64,000 bases of DNA, taken from NCBI GenBank assembly GCA_028687915.1, contig JAQTZF010000001.1:1966-65965 (forward strand). The letters run 5' to 3'. Below are positions 1 to 9,693 of the stretch, one piece after another (positions within the stretch are counted from its first letter, which is position 1; the number at the start of each line of letters is the position of its first letter). The notes below the pieces were generated by a model. It was not told the origin of the DNA. It did not search any database and saw nothing but the letters and a program-made list of their open reading frames with translations. The translations under genes and the position numbers were made by a program. This stretch comes from Candidatus Daviesbacteria bacterium. GTDB lineage: Bacteria > Patescibacteriota > Microgenomatia > Daviesbacterales > UBA10151.

Positions 1-217
1 TTTCAGGGTGCGGAGGAGCTTCTACTGTTATTCATGTTAACTTTGATACTTTTCCTGCTGGAGCTCAAACTATTTACTATTATTATGGTAACCTTTCAGC
101 CTCAGATGGTTTTAATCTGGCTGATTTTGCTACTCAGGCTTCTAATTATACTGTAGGTTCTTTGGGATCAGAGGAAAAAAGTGTGGGACCAGTAGCTTAT
201 TGGGGATTTGATGAAGG
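1..217 (+). repeat. Exact direct repeat, copy 1 (copy 2 at 5118-5334)
   Basis: 1-217 matches 5118-5334 base for base by eye; copy 1 probably extends beyond the window. Confidence 0.9.
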
Positions 218-3200
218 GCAAGGCCAAACCACCCAAGACTCCAGCCCTAATAACCTAGATGGGACAATTTCAGGAGCCACCTGGGAAACAGAAGATCAAT
301 GTGTTACTGGAAAGTGTTTATTTTTTGATGGTTCCACTAGCGGTGTCAGTTCTTCCAACAGCAGTCTTTTATCTCCAGCCAATATTACACTTTCGGTCTG
401 GATAAAACCTACTTCCCTACCTACTCTTAACCAAGTTATGGGAATTATAGATAAAAGAGATAACGCTGGTGGTTCTGCTGGATATGTGCTTGAACTTTTT
501 AATAACGGAGGAACTCAAGAAATTTTATGGATTACCCCCGCCGCCTCCGAATTCGTTACAACCTTACCTACTAATACCTGGTCCCATATTGTAATCACCC
601 ATAATGATACTACTGCAACCTTATATCTAAACGGCCAGAATCTTGGTTCTAAACCAGTAGCTCCTATAACTGATTACAATACTTCCCTCCTTATCGGTAG
701 AAGATCTGATGGTGGTTATTTTAAAGGTTTTATTGATGATGTAAAGATTTATCCATTTGCCAAAACTGCTGCTCAAGTAAAGGCTGATTATATCTCTAAA
801 TCAGGAAGCTCTTCTGACCAAGGCTCTTCTGCAGTACTTGGAGCACAAAGCCAAAAATACCTATCTGATGGTTTAGTAGGTTACTGGAAGATGGAAGAAA
901 GTTCTGATGGATCTGGAGCTGTTACTAGAAATGATTCTTCTGGAAATGGGAATAATGTGACTGATAACAATACTGTAGGTTCTGGAGCTGGTAAATTTAG
1001 CAATGCCGCTGATTTCGCACTAAGTAATAGTAATGAAATGCTCTCTATAGCCCATGCGTCTCAAACAGGATTAAACCCCTCTAGCCAAGTTACAGTAGCA
1101 GGATGGGTCAATCCCAGAAGTGTATCCTCAACAGAATGGATTATCTCTAAAGGAACATATAACTGCTGTGGCACACCCGCTTCCTATAATTACGCCTTGC
1201 GAATGTATAATGGAGGCCAGGTACAGTTTTCAGTCAGCACTAACGGAACTTCTTATGATGCATCAGCTTATTCCTCAGTCAGTTTAACCGCAGGAACATG
1301 GTATTACTTAGTCGGTGTTTATGATGGTAAAAATCTACAAGTTTACGTTAACGGTACCCCGGGAACAAGTGCTGCTTTAACAGGGAATATTTACAACAGT
1401 GCTGGTAATTTTACCATTGGAGCAGAAGATTTTGGAAACAATGGTGACCCTATTGGTAATGAATTTGATGGCTCAATTGATGAAGTCAGAGTCTACAACC
1501 GTGCCCTATCCCCCAAAGAAGTTTCTGATTTATATAACTGGGCACCAGGTCCTGTAGGATATTGGAATTTTGAAGAAGGATCAGGCACTGCTGTTAATGA
1601 TACATCTGGTACAGGAAACGCTGGCACTTGGAATGGAGATGGAACTCATTGGACTTCTGGAAAATTTGGCAAAGCTGGAAAATTTAATGGAACTACTGAT
1701 AATGTCCAAATGGCCTCAGCTAGTATTAATACTACTAATCCTTATACCATGGAGGCTTGGATTTCCCCCTTAGATCCTATAACTGAAGGCTGGGACAGAT
1801 TAATTATGGGAAATCAGTTTGGAGATTATCTTTATATTTATGGTACTTCTGGTACTTGGCAACTAAAAATTGGCAGTGCTTATTCAACTACTAATGTTTT
1901 AACCAAAGGCACCTGGCAACATGTAGCAGTAACTTATAACGGCCCTAACACTTATAAAATTTATGTTAATGGTGTAGATGTTACTTCTTCAGGAACAGGA
2001 ACTGGAACTGATAACAGCTCTATTATCTTTGTTGGAAGCAAGTGGGATCTAAGTTCTGCATATCAAGGGAATATTGATGAAGTTAAAATATATAACTATG
2101 CCAGGACCCAAAAACAAATTGTTTCTGATATGAATGGAGGGCATCCTGCAGTTGGATCTCCGGTGGGATCTGCTGTAGGTTATTGGGATTTTGATGAAGG
2201 AGCAGATAATAAATGTTCTGGAGGCACAAATGATGTTTGTAATTCAGGTTCAGGAGGATCTGCTTTAGATGGAGCCCAGTCTGGCATGAGTGTTCCAGCC
2301 ACCACCACCTCAGGCTGGACAAACTCAGGTAAATTTGGCAAAGCTCTAATTTTTGATGGGACTGATGATTTTATTAGTGTTGCTAATAATGCAGCTTTAA
2401 ATACTACCAGTGGATCAATTTCTACCTGGGTCAAACTTTCGGATTTACCTTCCACGAACTATACTGTTGCTTCTAAATGGATCAATGATCCTTATGGGTA
2501 TAGACTACTTATTACCTCCAGCGGACAAGTTCAGATGCAGGTAGGTGATGGGAGTGGAGCCGATACAGTAACCTCAACAGCCGCATTAACTCCAGGTACT
2601 TGGGTTCACTTAGTCGGAACCTGGAAAGCAGGTGCCGGAACTACACTCTATTTTAATGGTGTTCCTACTTCTGCGCCAGTTGGAACAAGAACTATTTCAT
2701 ATTCAGGCACTCCCGGAGCTTTAAATATTGGAAAAAATATATCTGAGTGGTATTTAAAGGGTGCAATTGATGAGTTTAAAATATATCCATATGCCTTAAC
2801 TGCTGATGAGGTTAAAACAGAGTACAACAGAGGGCAATCTTTAGTCTTAGGAGCTGCTGGGAATAATTCTACTTATGCCTCTCAAGCTGCTAATCAGGAA
2901 TATTGTGTGCCTGGGGATACCACTAGTTGTGCTGGACCTATTGGAGAATGGAAATTTGAAGAAAAAAGTGGCCAATCAATTTATGATACTTCTGGGAATG
3001 GCAACACTGGCACTTTAGGTATTGCTGGCAGTGCTAATACAGATGACCCTACTTGGACTTCTGGAAAAATAGGTGGAGCACTAAGTCTGGATGGCAGTAA
3101 TGACACTATTAATTTAGGTTCAGGCAGTAATTTAGATGATTTAGCTGCCGGAGATTTTACTGCTGAGACATGGGCATATCTGATTGATAGAGCTCCGATC

Positions 3201-4391
3201 AGCGGAAATGATGCTATTACTTTAATGGAAAAGATACATGATCCAGGCGGCTGTGTCACCCCAAATGGCTGGTTTTTAACCTCAAACAATTCCAATATGA
3301 ATGTAATTTTTTCTGTCCCTCATGGAACCACTACTGCAACCTATCGATCCGCTCTAAATGTTCTTACCAAAAATTCCTGGCAACATATTGTGGCAGTCTG
3401 GAATGGCACAGCCAAAACAGCAAAAATTTACGTTAATGGAAAAGAGGTTAGCTACCAGACCCAAACTCCAGGAGTAGGAACTTTAAATACTGATGCAAGT
3501 GGAAACTTAAGAATGTCTGGTTCAGCCTGCTCTGCATTTGCTATTAAGGGCAAGGTTGATGAAACAAAAATTTTTAATTACCAACGCACTCCTGCTCAAG
3601 TGGCCTGGGATTATAACAAAGGTGGACCTGTAGGATCCTGGGATTTTGATGAATGCCAGGGTACTTCTGCCTATGATTTATCTGGAAACTCTAATACAGG
3701 CACAATTACCATTGGAACTGGTGCAGGCACAGGACAACAAGATTCTGTTGGTACTTGCACTACTTCTACTGTTACAGCTTGGTATAACGGCAGAACTGGT
3801 AAAAGAAACGCTTCACTTAATTTTGATGGAATTGATGATTATGTCCAAACAGGTACTAATTTACTTGGTGGTAAAAGTATGGCAACTATTTCTACCTGGA
3901 TTTATCCCACCAGTTTTTCTGCTGATGTTTATCTTTCCAGGTTTGTATCCAATGTTACAACTATATTAGGCTGGCAAACAGCTTATACCAGCGTAGGCAG
4001 CCCAAGAGCAGCAATAGCAATTCAAACAAATAATAATCCAGCAAATGTTATCGGATATGGAAATACAGTTCTTTCTGCAAATAATTGGTACCATTTGGTT
4101 GCTGTATATGATGGTACTGCTACCGGAGATGCTAATAGACTCAAGCTTTATCTAAATGGTAAACAAGAAACATTAACCTATGATGGTACTGTGCCTGCAA
4201 CTATATATGATTCAGGAACTAATATAGGTTTCGGAGCTGATTCAGGATTTAGCCCTAGTGCCAGTTATCCCTATGCTACAGGAAAGATTGATGAAGCAAA
4301 AGTTTTCAATTATGCTTTAACTTCTACACAGGTTAAAAACTTATATAATAATGGAGCTGTATTTTACGGACCTTCTACGGGTTCCCCGTAG
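3..4391 (+). CDS. Large LamG/concanavalin-like repeat surface protein (six LamG domains), 5'-truncated by window edge
   Basis: Frame is open from position 3 (SGCGGAST...) and identical to the paralog at 5120, so the track start at 162 is internal. Six 'xWxF/MDE...W.H...Y.NG...G.IDEV.IYN' units. Confidence 0.9.
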   Translation, partial: SGCGGASTVIHVNFDTFPAGAQTIYYYYGNLSASDGFNLADFATQASNYTVGSLGSEEKSVGPVAYWGFDEGQGQTTQDSSPNNLDGTISGATWETEDQCVTGKCLFFDGSTSGVSSSNSSLLSPANITLSVWIKPTSLPTLNQVMGIIDKRDNAGGSAGYVLELFNNGGTQEILWITPAASEFVTTLPTNTWSHIVITHNDTTATLYLNGQNLGSKPVAPITDYNTSLLIGRRSDGGYFKGFIDDVKIYPFAKTAAQVKADYISKSGSSSDQGSSAVLGAQSQKYLSDGLVGYWKMEESSDGSGAVTRNDSSGNGNNVTDNNTVGSGAGKFSNAADFALSNSNEMLSIAHASQTGLNPSSQVTVAGWVNPRSVSSTEWIISKGTYNCCGTPASYNYALRMYNGGQVQFSVSTNGTSYDASAYSSVSLTAGTWYYLVGVYDGKNLQVYVNGTPGTSAALTGNIYNSAGNFTIGAEDFGNNGDPIGNEFDGSIDEVRVYNRALSPKEVSDLYNWAPGPVGYWNFEEGSGTAVNDTSGTGNAGTWNGDGTHWTSGKFGKAGKFNGTTDNVQMASASINTTNPYTMEAWISPLDPITEGWDRLIMGNQFGDYLYIYGTSGTWQLKIGSAYSTTNVLTKGTWQHVAVTYNGPNTYKIYVNGVDVTSSGTGTGTDNSSIIFVGSKWDLSSAYQGNIDEVKIYNYARTQKQIVSDMNGGHPAVGSPVGSAVGYWDFDEGADNKCSGGTNDVCNSGSGGSALDGAQSGMSVPATTTSGWTNSGKFGKALIFDGTDDFISVANNAALNTTSGSISTWVKLSDLPSTNYTVASKWINDPYGYRLLITSSGQVQMQVGDGSGADTVTSTAALTPGTWVHLVGTWKAGAGTTLYFNGVPTSAPVGTRTISYSGTPGALNIGKNISEWYLKGAIDEFKIYPYALTADEVKTEYNRGQSLVLGAAGNNSTYASQAANQEYCVPGDTTSCAGPIGEWKFEEKSGQSIYDTSGNGNTGTLGIAGSANTDDPTWTSGKIGGALSLDGSNDTINLGSGSNLDDLAAGDFTAETWAYLIDRAPISGNDAITLMEKIHDPGGCVTPNGWFLTSNNSNMNVIFSVPHGTTTATYRSALNVLTKNSWQHIVAVWNGTAKTAKIYVNGKEVSYQTQTPGVGTLNTDASGNLRMSGSACSAFAIKGKVDETKIFNYQRTPAQVAWDYNKGGPVGSWDFDECQGTSAYDLSGNSNTGTITIGTGAGTGQQDSVGTCTTSTVTAWYNGRTGKRNASLNFDGIDDYVQTGTNLLGGKSMATISTWIYPTSFSADVYLSRFVSNVTTILGWQTAYTSVGSPRAAIAIQTNNNPANVIGYGNTVLSANNWYHLVAVYDGTATGDANRLKLYLNGKQETLTYDGTVPATIYDSGTNIGFGADSGFSPSASYPYATGKIDEAKVFNYALTSTQVKNLYNNGAVFYGPSTGSP

Positions 4392-4393
4392 AA

Positions 4394-4428
4394 TAGTATC
4401 TGGTATCTAGTATTTAGTATATGGCAAA
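4394..4428 (+). repeat. 7-bp tandem array (TAGTATY-like) upstream of four-helix-bundle gene
   Basis: TAGTATC TGGTATC TAGTATT TAGTATA TGGCAAA. Confidence 0.85.
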
Positions 4429-4437
4429 TATAAAAAA

Positions 4438-4812
4438 ATGGAAAATAATAAAATAAAATCTTTTACTGATTTAATAGCTTGGCAGGAATCACATCAGTTA
4501 GTCCTGATCATTTATAAAATGCTTAAAACTTTTCCCAAAGAAGAGGTTTTTGCTTTAACTGATCAAATGAGAAGATGCTCTATTTCTATTAGTTCAAATA
4601 TTGCAGAAGGATTTTCTAGACAAGGGAAAAAAGAAAAAATGCAATTCTACTATATGGCAAAAGGATCACTAACCGAACTTCAAAACCAGCTCTTAGTTAG
4701 TAGAGACGTGGGTTATATTTCAAAAGAGAAGTTCACTGAAATAGCAGATCAAACAGTATTAGTACATAAATTATTAAATGGTCTGTTAAAATCTTGTTTC
4801 GCAAAATACTAA
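4438..4812 (+). CDS. Four helix bundle protein (23S rRNA intervening-sequence protein / bAvd-like family)
   Basis: Family motifs 'SFTDLIAWQESHQL', 'FPKEEVFALTDQMRR.SISISSNIAEG', 'AKGSLTELQNQL'; 124 aa. Confidence 0.92.
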   Translation: MENNKIKSFTDLIAWQESHQLVLIIYKMLKTFPKEEVFALTDQMRRCSISISSNIAEGFSRQGKKEKMQFYYMAKGSLTELQNQLLVSRDVGYISKEKFTEIADQTVLVHKLLNGLLKSCFAKY

Positions 4813-4869
4813 ATACTAAATTATGAAGCTAAATACTAAATACAAAATACTAAATACAAAAAAAATACT
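4804..4869 (+). repeat. 7-bp tandem array (AAATACT), reverse complement of the 4394-4428 array
   Basis: AAATACT AAATACT AAATTAT gaagct AAATACT AAATACA AAATACT AAATACA aaaa AAATACT; overlaps the stop at 4812 and the start at 4823. Confidence 0.88.
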
Positions 4870-7800
4870 CACTCTTACTATTTTAGCCCTTTGTACAGGG
4901 ATTTTCTTGTGGTTCTTTACTAATCCAGCCTCTGCTGCCTGGTGGGATGATAGTTGGACTTTTAGAAAATCAATTGCTCTTACCAACAATACCACTGCTG
5001 AAACAAATGTTTATGTTTCAGTAACTATTAATACAACAGATACATCCAGATTCCAGACTGATTGTGGTGATGTAAGGTTTACCAAACAAAATGGTGAACT
5101 ACTTCCCTATTATATTGTTTCAGGGTGCGGAGGAGCTTCTACTGTTATTCATGTTAACTTTGATACTTTTCCTGCTGGAGCTCAAACTATTTACTATTAT
5201 TATGGTAACCTTTCAGCCTCAGATGGTTTTAATCTGGCTGATTTTGCTACTCAGGCTTCTAATTATACTGTAGGTTCTTTGGGATCAGAGGAAAAAAGTG
5301 TGGGACCAGTAGCTTATTGGGGATTTGATGAAGGACAAGGCCAGACTACTCAGGATTCTAGTACTAATAATTATGATGGAACTTTGGGGGCCACTACTGG
5401 CTCCTCTACAGATGATCCTACCTGGCAAACAGAAGATATGTGTATTTCTGGTAAATGTTTAAAGTTTGATGGTGGTGACTATGTCAGTGGCGGTGATGTT
5501 AACCAAGTAGACAATGTTTCAGCTATCACCGTATCAGCCTGGGTAAAAGTAAATACAGCTACTAATTGGGCAGGTGTAATGGGAAAATCAAGTTCTGGTA
5601 CCAGTCGTTGGGGTATGGAACTGGCAGAAGCAAGCTATGGAGGAACTGATGATGTATTTATCATGATGGGTAATGGTGCCAACTCGTATGGTTACACCCA
5701 GGGAAATATTATTGATACTAATAAATGGCATCTTTGGACTATGGTTTTTGATGGAACTCAATCTGGAAATGCCAACCGTCTTAAATTTTACCTGGATGGA
5801 ATCCAAAGACCCCTTAATTTTGGAGGCACTACCATCCCTGCTACTACTCCTTCAAACAGTACTCCAATCACCATAGGTGCTGAGAATGCTTCCAGTTCTT
5901 TTTTAAATGGAATGATTGATGAGCCAAAAGTCTATAACTATGCTAAAACTGCTGCCCAAATCAAAGCTGATTATATCTCCAAATCAGGTAGTTCTTCTGA
6001 CCAAGGCTCCTCTGCAGTACTTGGAGCATCTTCTCAAAAATACCTTTCTGATGGATTAGTAGGATACTGGAAAATGAATGAAGCTTCCTGGACTAATAAT
6101 TGTTCTGCTGCTTCTGTAACAGATTCTTCTGGTAATGGTAATAATGGTAAGGCATGCCCAAATGCAACAGGACCAACAGGAGGCAATATTGGTACTTTTG
6201 GTAATGGTGGATCTTTTGATGCAGTTGATGACAATATAGCAGTAACTCATGCTAGTTCACTTAGCCTAACAGATTCTATTACTATATCTACCTGGGTTAA
6301 AGTTACCTTAAATAATTCCTGGTCAGATCATGTTATTTTATATAAACAAAACGGAGCCACGTTAAATTATGCGTTTGGAATTAGAGAACAAAATGGTTTA
6401 TTCCCTGATTTTGCATATACTGATGGATCAGGATCAAATAACCATAAATGGAGATCAACTACAGCAATAAGTGCTGACACCTGGACCCATATTACTGTGA
6501 CCTATTCTTTTGGTAAAGCTAATACGATGGCTATATATATTAATGGTGTTCCAGCTAGTGGATCCTGGATTAGCGGTAATGGTAATAGTTCTGCTGATAC
6601 AACCACTACTGACTTATTAATATCTCCTGGAAACAGTACCCTAGATGACCTCCGTATTTATAATAAAACCCTGTCCCCCAAAGAAGTTTCTGATCTCTAT
6701 AACTTTGCCCCAGGGCCAGTAGGATATTGGAATATGGATGATAAAGTTTCTGGTGATTCCAAAACTGTAGTTGATTCCTCTGGTAATGGGAATAATGGGA
6801 CCACAAGTTACGGTGCAAATACCTCTGGCATGGATTGTTCTAAATCAGGTAAGTTTGGTGGTGGCTGTACCTTTGATGGTGTGGATGATTATATTGATGT
6901 AGGATCTGATACTTCTTTAGATAATCTCCCAAATGGAGATTTTACAGCTGAGGCTTGGACAAGATTTGATGCCGCACTTACAGAAACATATTGGCTGATT
7001 CTTGGAAAAACTAAATGGCAGATCGAACCGTTTTATAATGGTGCCCAATCTTCAATTTGGTTCTTTGTAGACATGGGAGCTGGGACTAGTATGGATTACC
7101 GTTGCCAATTTACCTATGACAGAGGTAATTGGCATCATATTACAGGAGTTTATACAGCCAGCACTAAAACAGCGGTAGTTTATTATGATGGCACCCCCTT
7201 AACTTGCTCAACAACTACTGCCGGTGTTGGTACTTATATTGGAGATGCTGCAAGCCCAATGAGAATTGGTATGAATCAGGGTGATGGAACCCCTAAAATG
7301 AATGGTGGACTTGATGATGTCAAAGTTTATAACTATGCTCGTACTCAGAAACAAATTATCTCTGACATGAACGCAGGGCATCCTGCTGTTGGCTCCCCTG
7401 TGGGATCAGCTTTGGGATATTGGAAATTTGATGAAGGAGCAGATAATAAATGCTCTGGAGGCACTAATGATGTTTGTAATTCAGGCTCAGCTGGCTCTGC
7501 TTTAGATGGAGCAGAATCTAATATGAGTATTCCAGCCACAACTACTTCTGGCTGGACTAATTCTGGTAAATTTGGCAAAGCTTTAATATTTGATGGAAGC
7601 AATGATTTTATTAGTGTTGCTAATAATGCAGCTTTAAATTTTGACACTGGCTCTTTTTCTATTTCAACCTGGATGAAAACAACATTTTCAGGAGCAGGAG
7701 AAAAAATACTTATAAGAAAAGATCTAGAATCTCAATCTCCCAGAAGACTTTATACTCTTTTCTATAATCTTGTAGCTAATAAAGCAACTTTTGATCTCTA

Positions 7801-9616
7801 TGACAATGCTACTGAATATAAAGCCACTTCTCTTACCTCAGTAAATGATGGTAATTGGCATCATATTGTTGGAGTAAGAGATTCAACAACCAATCAAATC
7901 AAATTATATGTTGATGGAAAATTGGAAGCTAGCACAGCTATAACTGGAATTAACATAACTAATACCGGGGTGTTAAAATTTGGTAGTTACACAGAAACTG
8001 TCGGTGCCTTTTTCTCCGGTTCCATTGATGAAAGTAAAATCTATGGCTACGCCTTAACTGCTGATGAGGTTAAGACTGAATATAACAGAGGACAATCTAT
8101 GGTATTAGGTGCTGCTGGGAATAATTCTTCTTATGCCTCTCAAGCTGCTAATCAGGAATATTGTGTCCCTGGAGATACCACCTCCTGTGTTGCTCCTGTT
8201 GCTGAATGGAAGCTTGAAGAAGGATCTGGAATTAGTGCTTATGATACTTCAGGAAACGGATCAACCGGGACTTTGACTAATACTCCTGTTTGGACCAATG
8301 GCAAGTATGGTAAAGCGCTTAATTTCTCTGGTACATCATTTATAAATGTAACTGATAGCAATAATTTAAGTCCTGCAAGCAACACATTTAGCGTTGGTGC
8401 TTGGATATACTTAAATTCTACTGGTTCCTATCAAACAATTGTTTCTAAGGATAGTGATGCTGCCAATGGAGGAAGAGAATATTTCTTATATATAGACATC
8501 TCAAACGTAGTAGTTTTTGGAGCTTCTACAAATGGTAATGATATGCCGGCGGTTGTCGGGCTCAGTACTTTATCAGCTGGCAGGTGGTACTATATTGAAG
8601 CTGTTTTAAGCGGATCAAACCAAATGATCTATGTAAATGGTAAGCTTGATAATTCTGCTAACTGGGGTGGCAGCAGTATTCCTAATACTAATACAGCACT
8701 TAATATTGGCAGAAGAAATACTGCCCCTGTAACTAAAGCCCAAATGGATGGTAAAATCGATGACGTCAGATTGTATAATTATGCCCATACCCCTGCTCAG
8801 ATTGCCTGGGATTATAATAAAGGAGCACCTATTGGGCACTGGAAATTTAATGAGTGCCAGGGAGCTACAGCTAATGATTCTTCAGGGAATTCCAATACTG
8901 GAACTATTACTATTGGCACAGGTGCTGGCACAGGACAACAGGATTCTGTAGGAACCTGCACTACTTCTGCTGTTACAGCCTGGTACAACGGCAGAACCGG
9001 AAAAAGAAATTCCAGTCTTAATTTTGATGGGATTGATGATACAGTATCTATTGCCAACCAAGCTAATTTTTCTTTTGAACGCACACAACCATTTTCTATC
9101 TCTGGGTGGATCTATCCAAATATTACCCGCTCCGGATTGCAAATGACTTATGCGATTTTTAGCAAATTAACAAATAACTCACCTTTCACCGGCTATGAAA
9201 TGAATCTGGAATGGAATAATGCCACCCTCACAAATAGAACAACGCTTCAAATTTACTTAATTAGCAGCTGGCCTTCAAACCGAATTACTGTGAACGGTTC
9301 AACAGATCTCCAAAACAGTAGATGGTATCATGCAACATTAACTTATGATGGCTCTTCAGCTGCCAGCGGTGTTAAGCTTTATATAAACGGAGCTGCGGAA
9401 AAGATTACCACTAGTGTTGATGCTTTAACCACAAGTATTGTTAACAACTTAACCCCTTATATTGCCTCCCGACAAAATTCCAATAGCTCAGAAGCCTTAT
9501 TTAATGGCCAGATTGATGATGTGAAAGTTTTTAACTATACCCTTACCTCTACACAAGTTAAAGATTTATATAATGGCGGAGCTGTAAACTTTGGTCCGGT
9601 TACAGGCAGCCCATGA
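4823..9616 (+). CDS. Secreted DUF2341 + six-LamG-domain surface protein
   Basis: Hydrophobic signal ending 'ASAAWW'; DUF2341-like 'WW...W.FRK.I...DCGDVRFT...LPYYI...IYYYYGN'; six LamG units colinear with 3..4391. Confidence 0.92.
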   Translation: MKLNTKYKILNTKKILTLTILALCTGIFLWFFTNPASAAWWDDSWTFRKSIALTNNTTAETNVYVSVTINTTDTSRFQTDCGDVRFTKQNGELLPYYIVSGCGGASTVIHVNFDTFPAGAQTIYYYYGNLSASDGFNLADFATQASNYTVGSLGSEEKSVGPVAYWGFDEGQGQTTQDSSTNNYDGTLGATTGSSTDDPTWQTEDMCISGKCLKFDGGDYVSGGDVNQVDNVSAITVSAWVKVNTATNWAGVMGKSSSGTSRWGMELAEASYGGTDDVFIMMGNGANSYGYTQGNIIDTNKWHLWTMVFDGTQSGNANRLKFYLDGIQRPLNFGGTTIPATTPSNSTPITIGAENASSSFLNGMIDEPKVYNYAKTAAQIKADYISKSGSSSDQGSSAVLGASSQKYLSDGLVGYWKMNEASWTNNCSAASVTDSSGNGNNGKACPNATGPTGGNIGTFGNGGSFDAVDDNIAVTHASSLSLTDSITISTWVKVTLNNSWSDHVILYKQNGATLNYAFGIREQNGLFPDFAYTDGSGSNNHKWRSTTAISADTWTHITVTYSFGKANTMAIYINGVPASGSWISGNGNSSADTTTTDLLISPGNSTLDDLRIYNKTLSPKEVSDLYNFAPGPVGYWNMDDKVSGDSKTVVDSSGNGNNGTTSYGANTSGMDCSKSGKFGGGCTFDGVDDYIDVGSDTSLDNLPNGDFTAEAWTRFDAALTETYWLILGKTKWQIEPFYNGAQSSIWFFVDMGAGTSMDYRCQFTYDRGNWHHITGVYTASTKTAVVYYDGTPLTCSTTTAGVGTYIGDAASPMRIGMNQGDGTPKMNGGLDDVKVYNYARTQKQIISDMNAGHPAVGSPVGSALGYWKFDEGADNKCSGGTNDVCNSGSAGSALDGAESNMSIPATTTSGWTNSGKFGKALIFDGSNDFISVANNAALNFDTGSFSISTWMKTTFSGAGEKILIRKDLESQSPRRLYTLFYNLVANKATFDLYDNATEYKATSLTSVNDGNWHHIVGVRDSTTNQIKLYVDGKLEASTAITGINITNTGVLKFGSYTETVGAFFSGSIDESKIYGYALTADEVKTEYNRGQSMVLGAAGNNSSYASQAANQEYCVPGDTTSCVAPVAEWKLEEGSGISAYDTSGNGSTGTLTNTPVWTNGKYGKALNFSGTSFINVTDSNNLSPASNTFSVGAWIYLNSTGSYQTIVSKDSDAANGGREYFLYIDISNVVVFGASTNGNDMPAVVGLSTLSAGRWYYIEAVLSGSNQMIYVNGKLDNSANWGGSSIPNTNTALNIGRRNTAPVTKAQMDGKIDDVRLYNYAHTPAQIAWDYNKGAPIGHWKFNECQGATANDSSGNSNTGTITIGTGAGTGQQDSVGTCTTSAVTAWYNGRTGKRNSSLNFDGIDDTVSIANQANFSFERTQPFSISGWIYPNITRSGLQMTYAIFSKLTNNSPFTGYEMNLEWNNATLTNRTTLQIYLISSWPSNRITVNGSTDLQNSRWYHATLTYDGSSAASGVKLYINGAAEKITTSVDALTTSIVNNLTPYIASRQNSNSSEALFNGQIDDVKVFNYTLTSTQVKDLYNGGAVNFGPVTGSP

Positions 9617-9693
9617 TTATTCTTTTATCTAAAATCTAATGTTTGAAAATATTTAACCAAATTTACTATGATAAAGCTGCTAAAACATAAAAA

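Noticed and set aside
1-9616. Diversity-generating retroelement (Avd-like gene next to repeated sequence)
   Set aside because: No reverse transcriptase in the window, both repeat copies are coding, and differences are not adenine-specific. Components elsewhere in the genome cannot be excluded.
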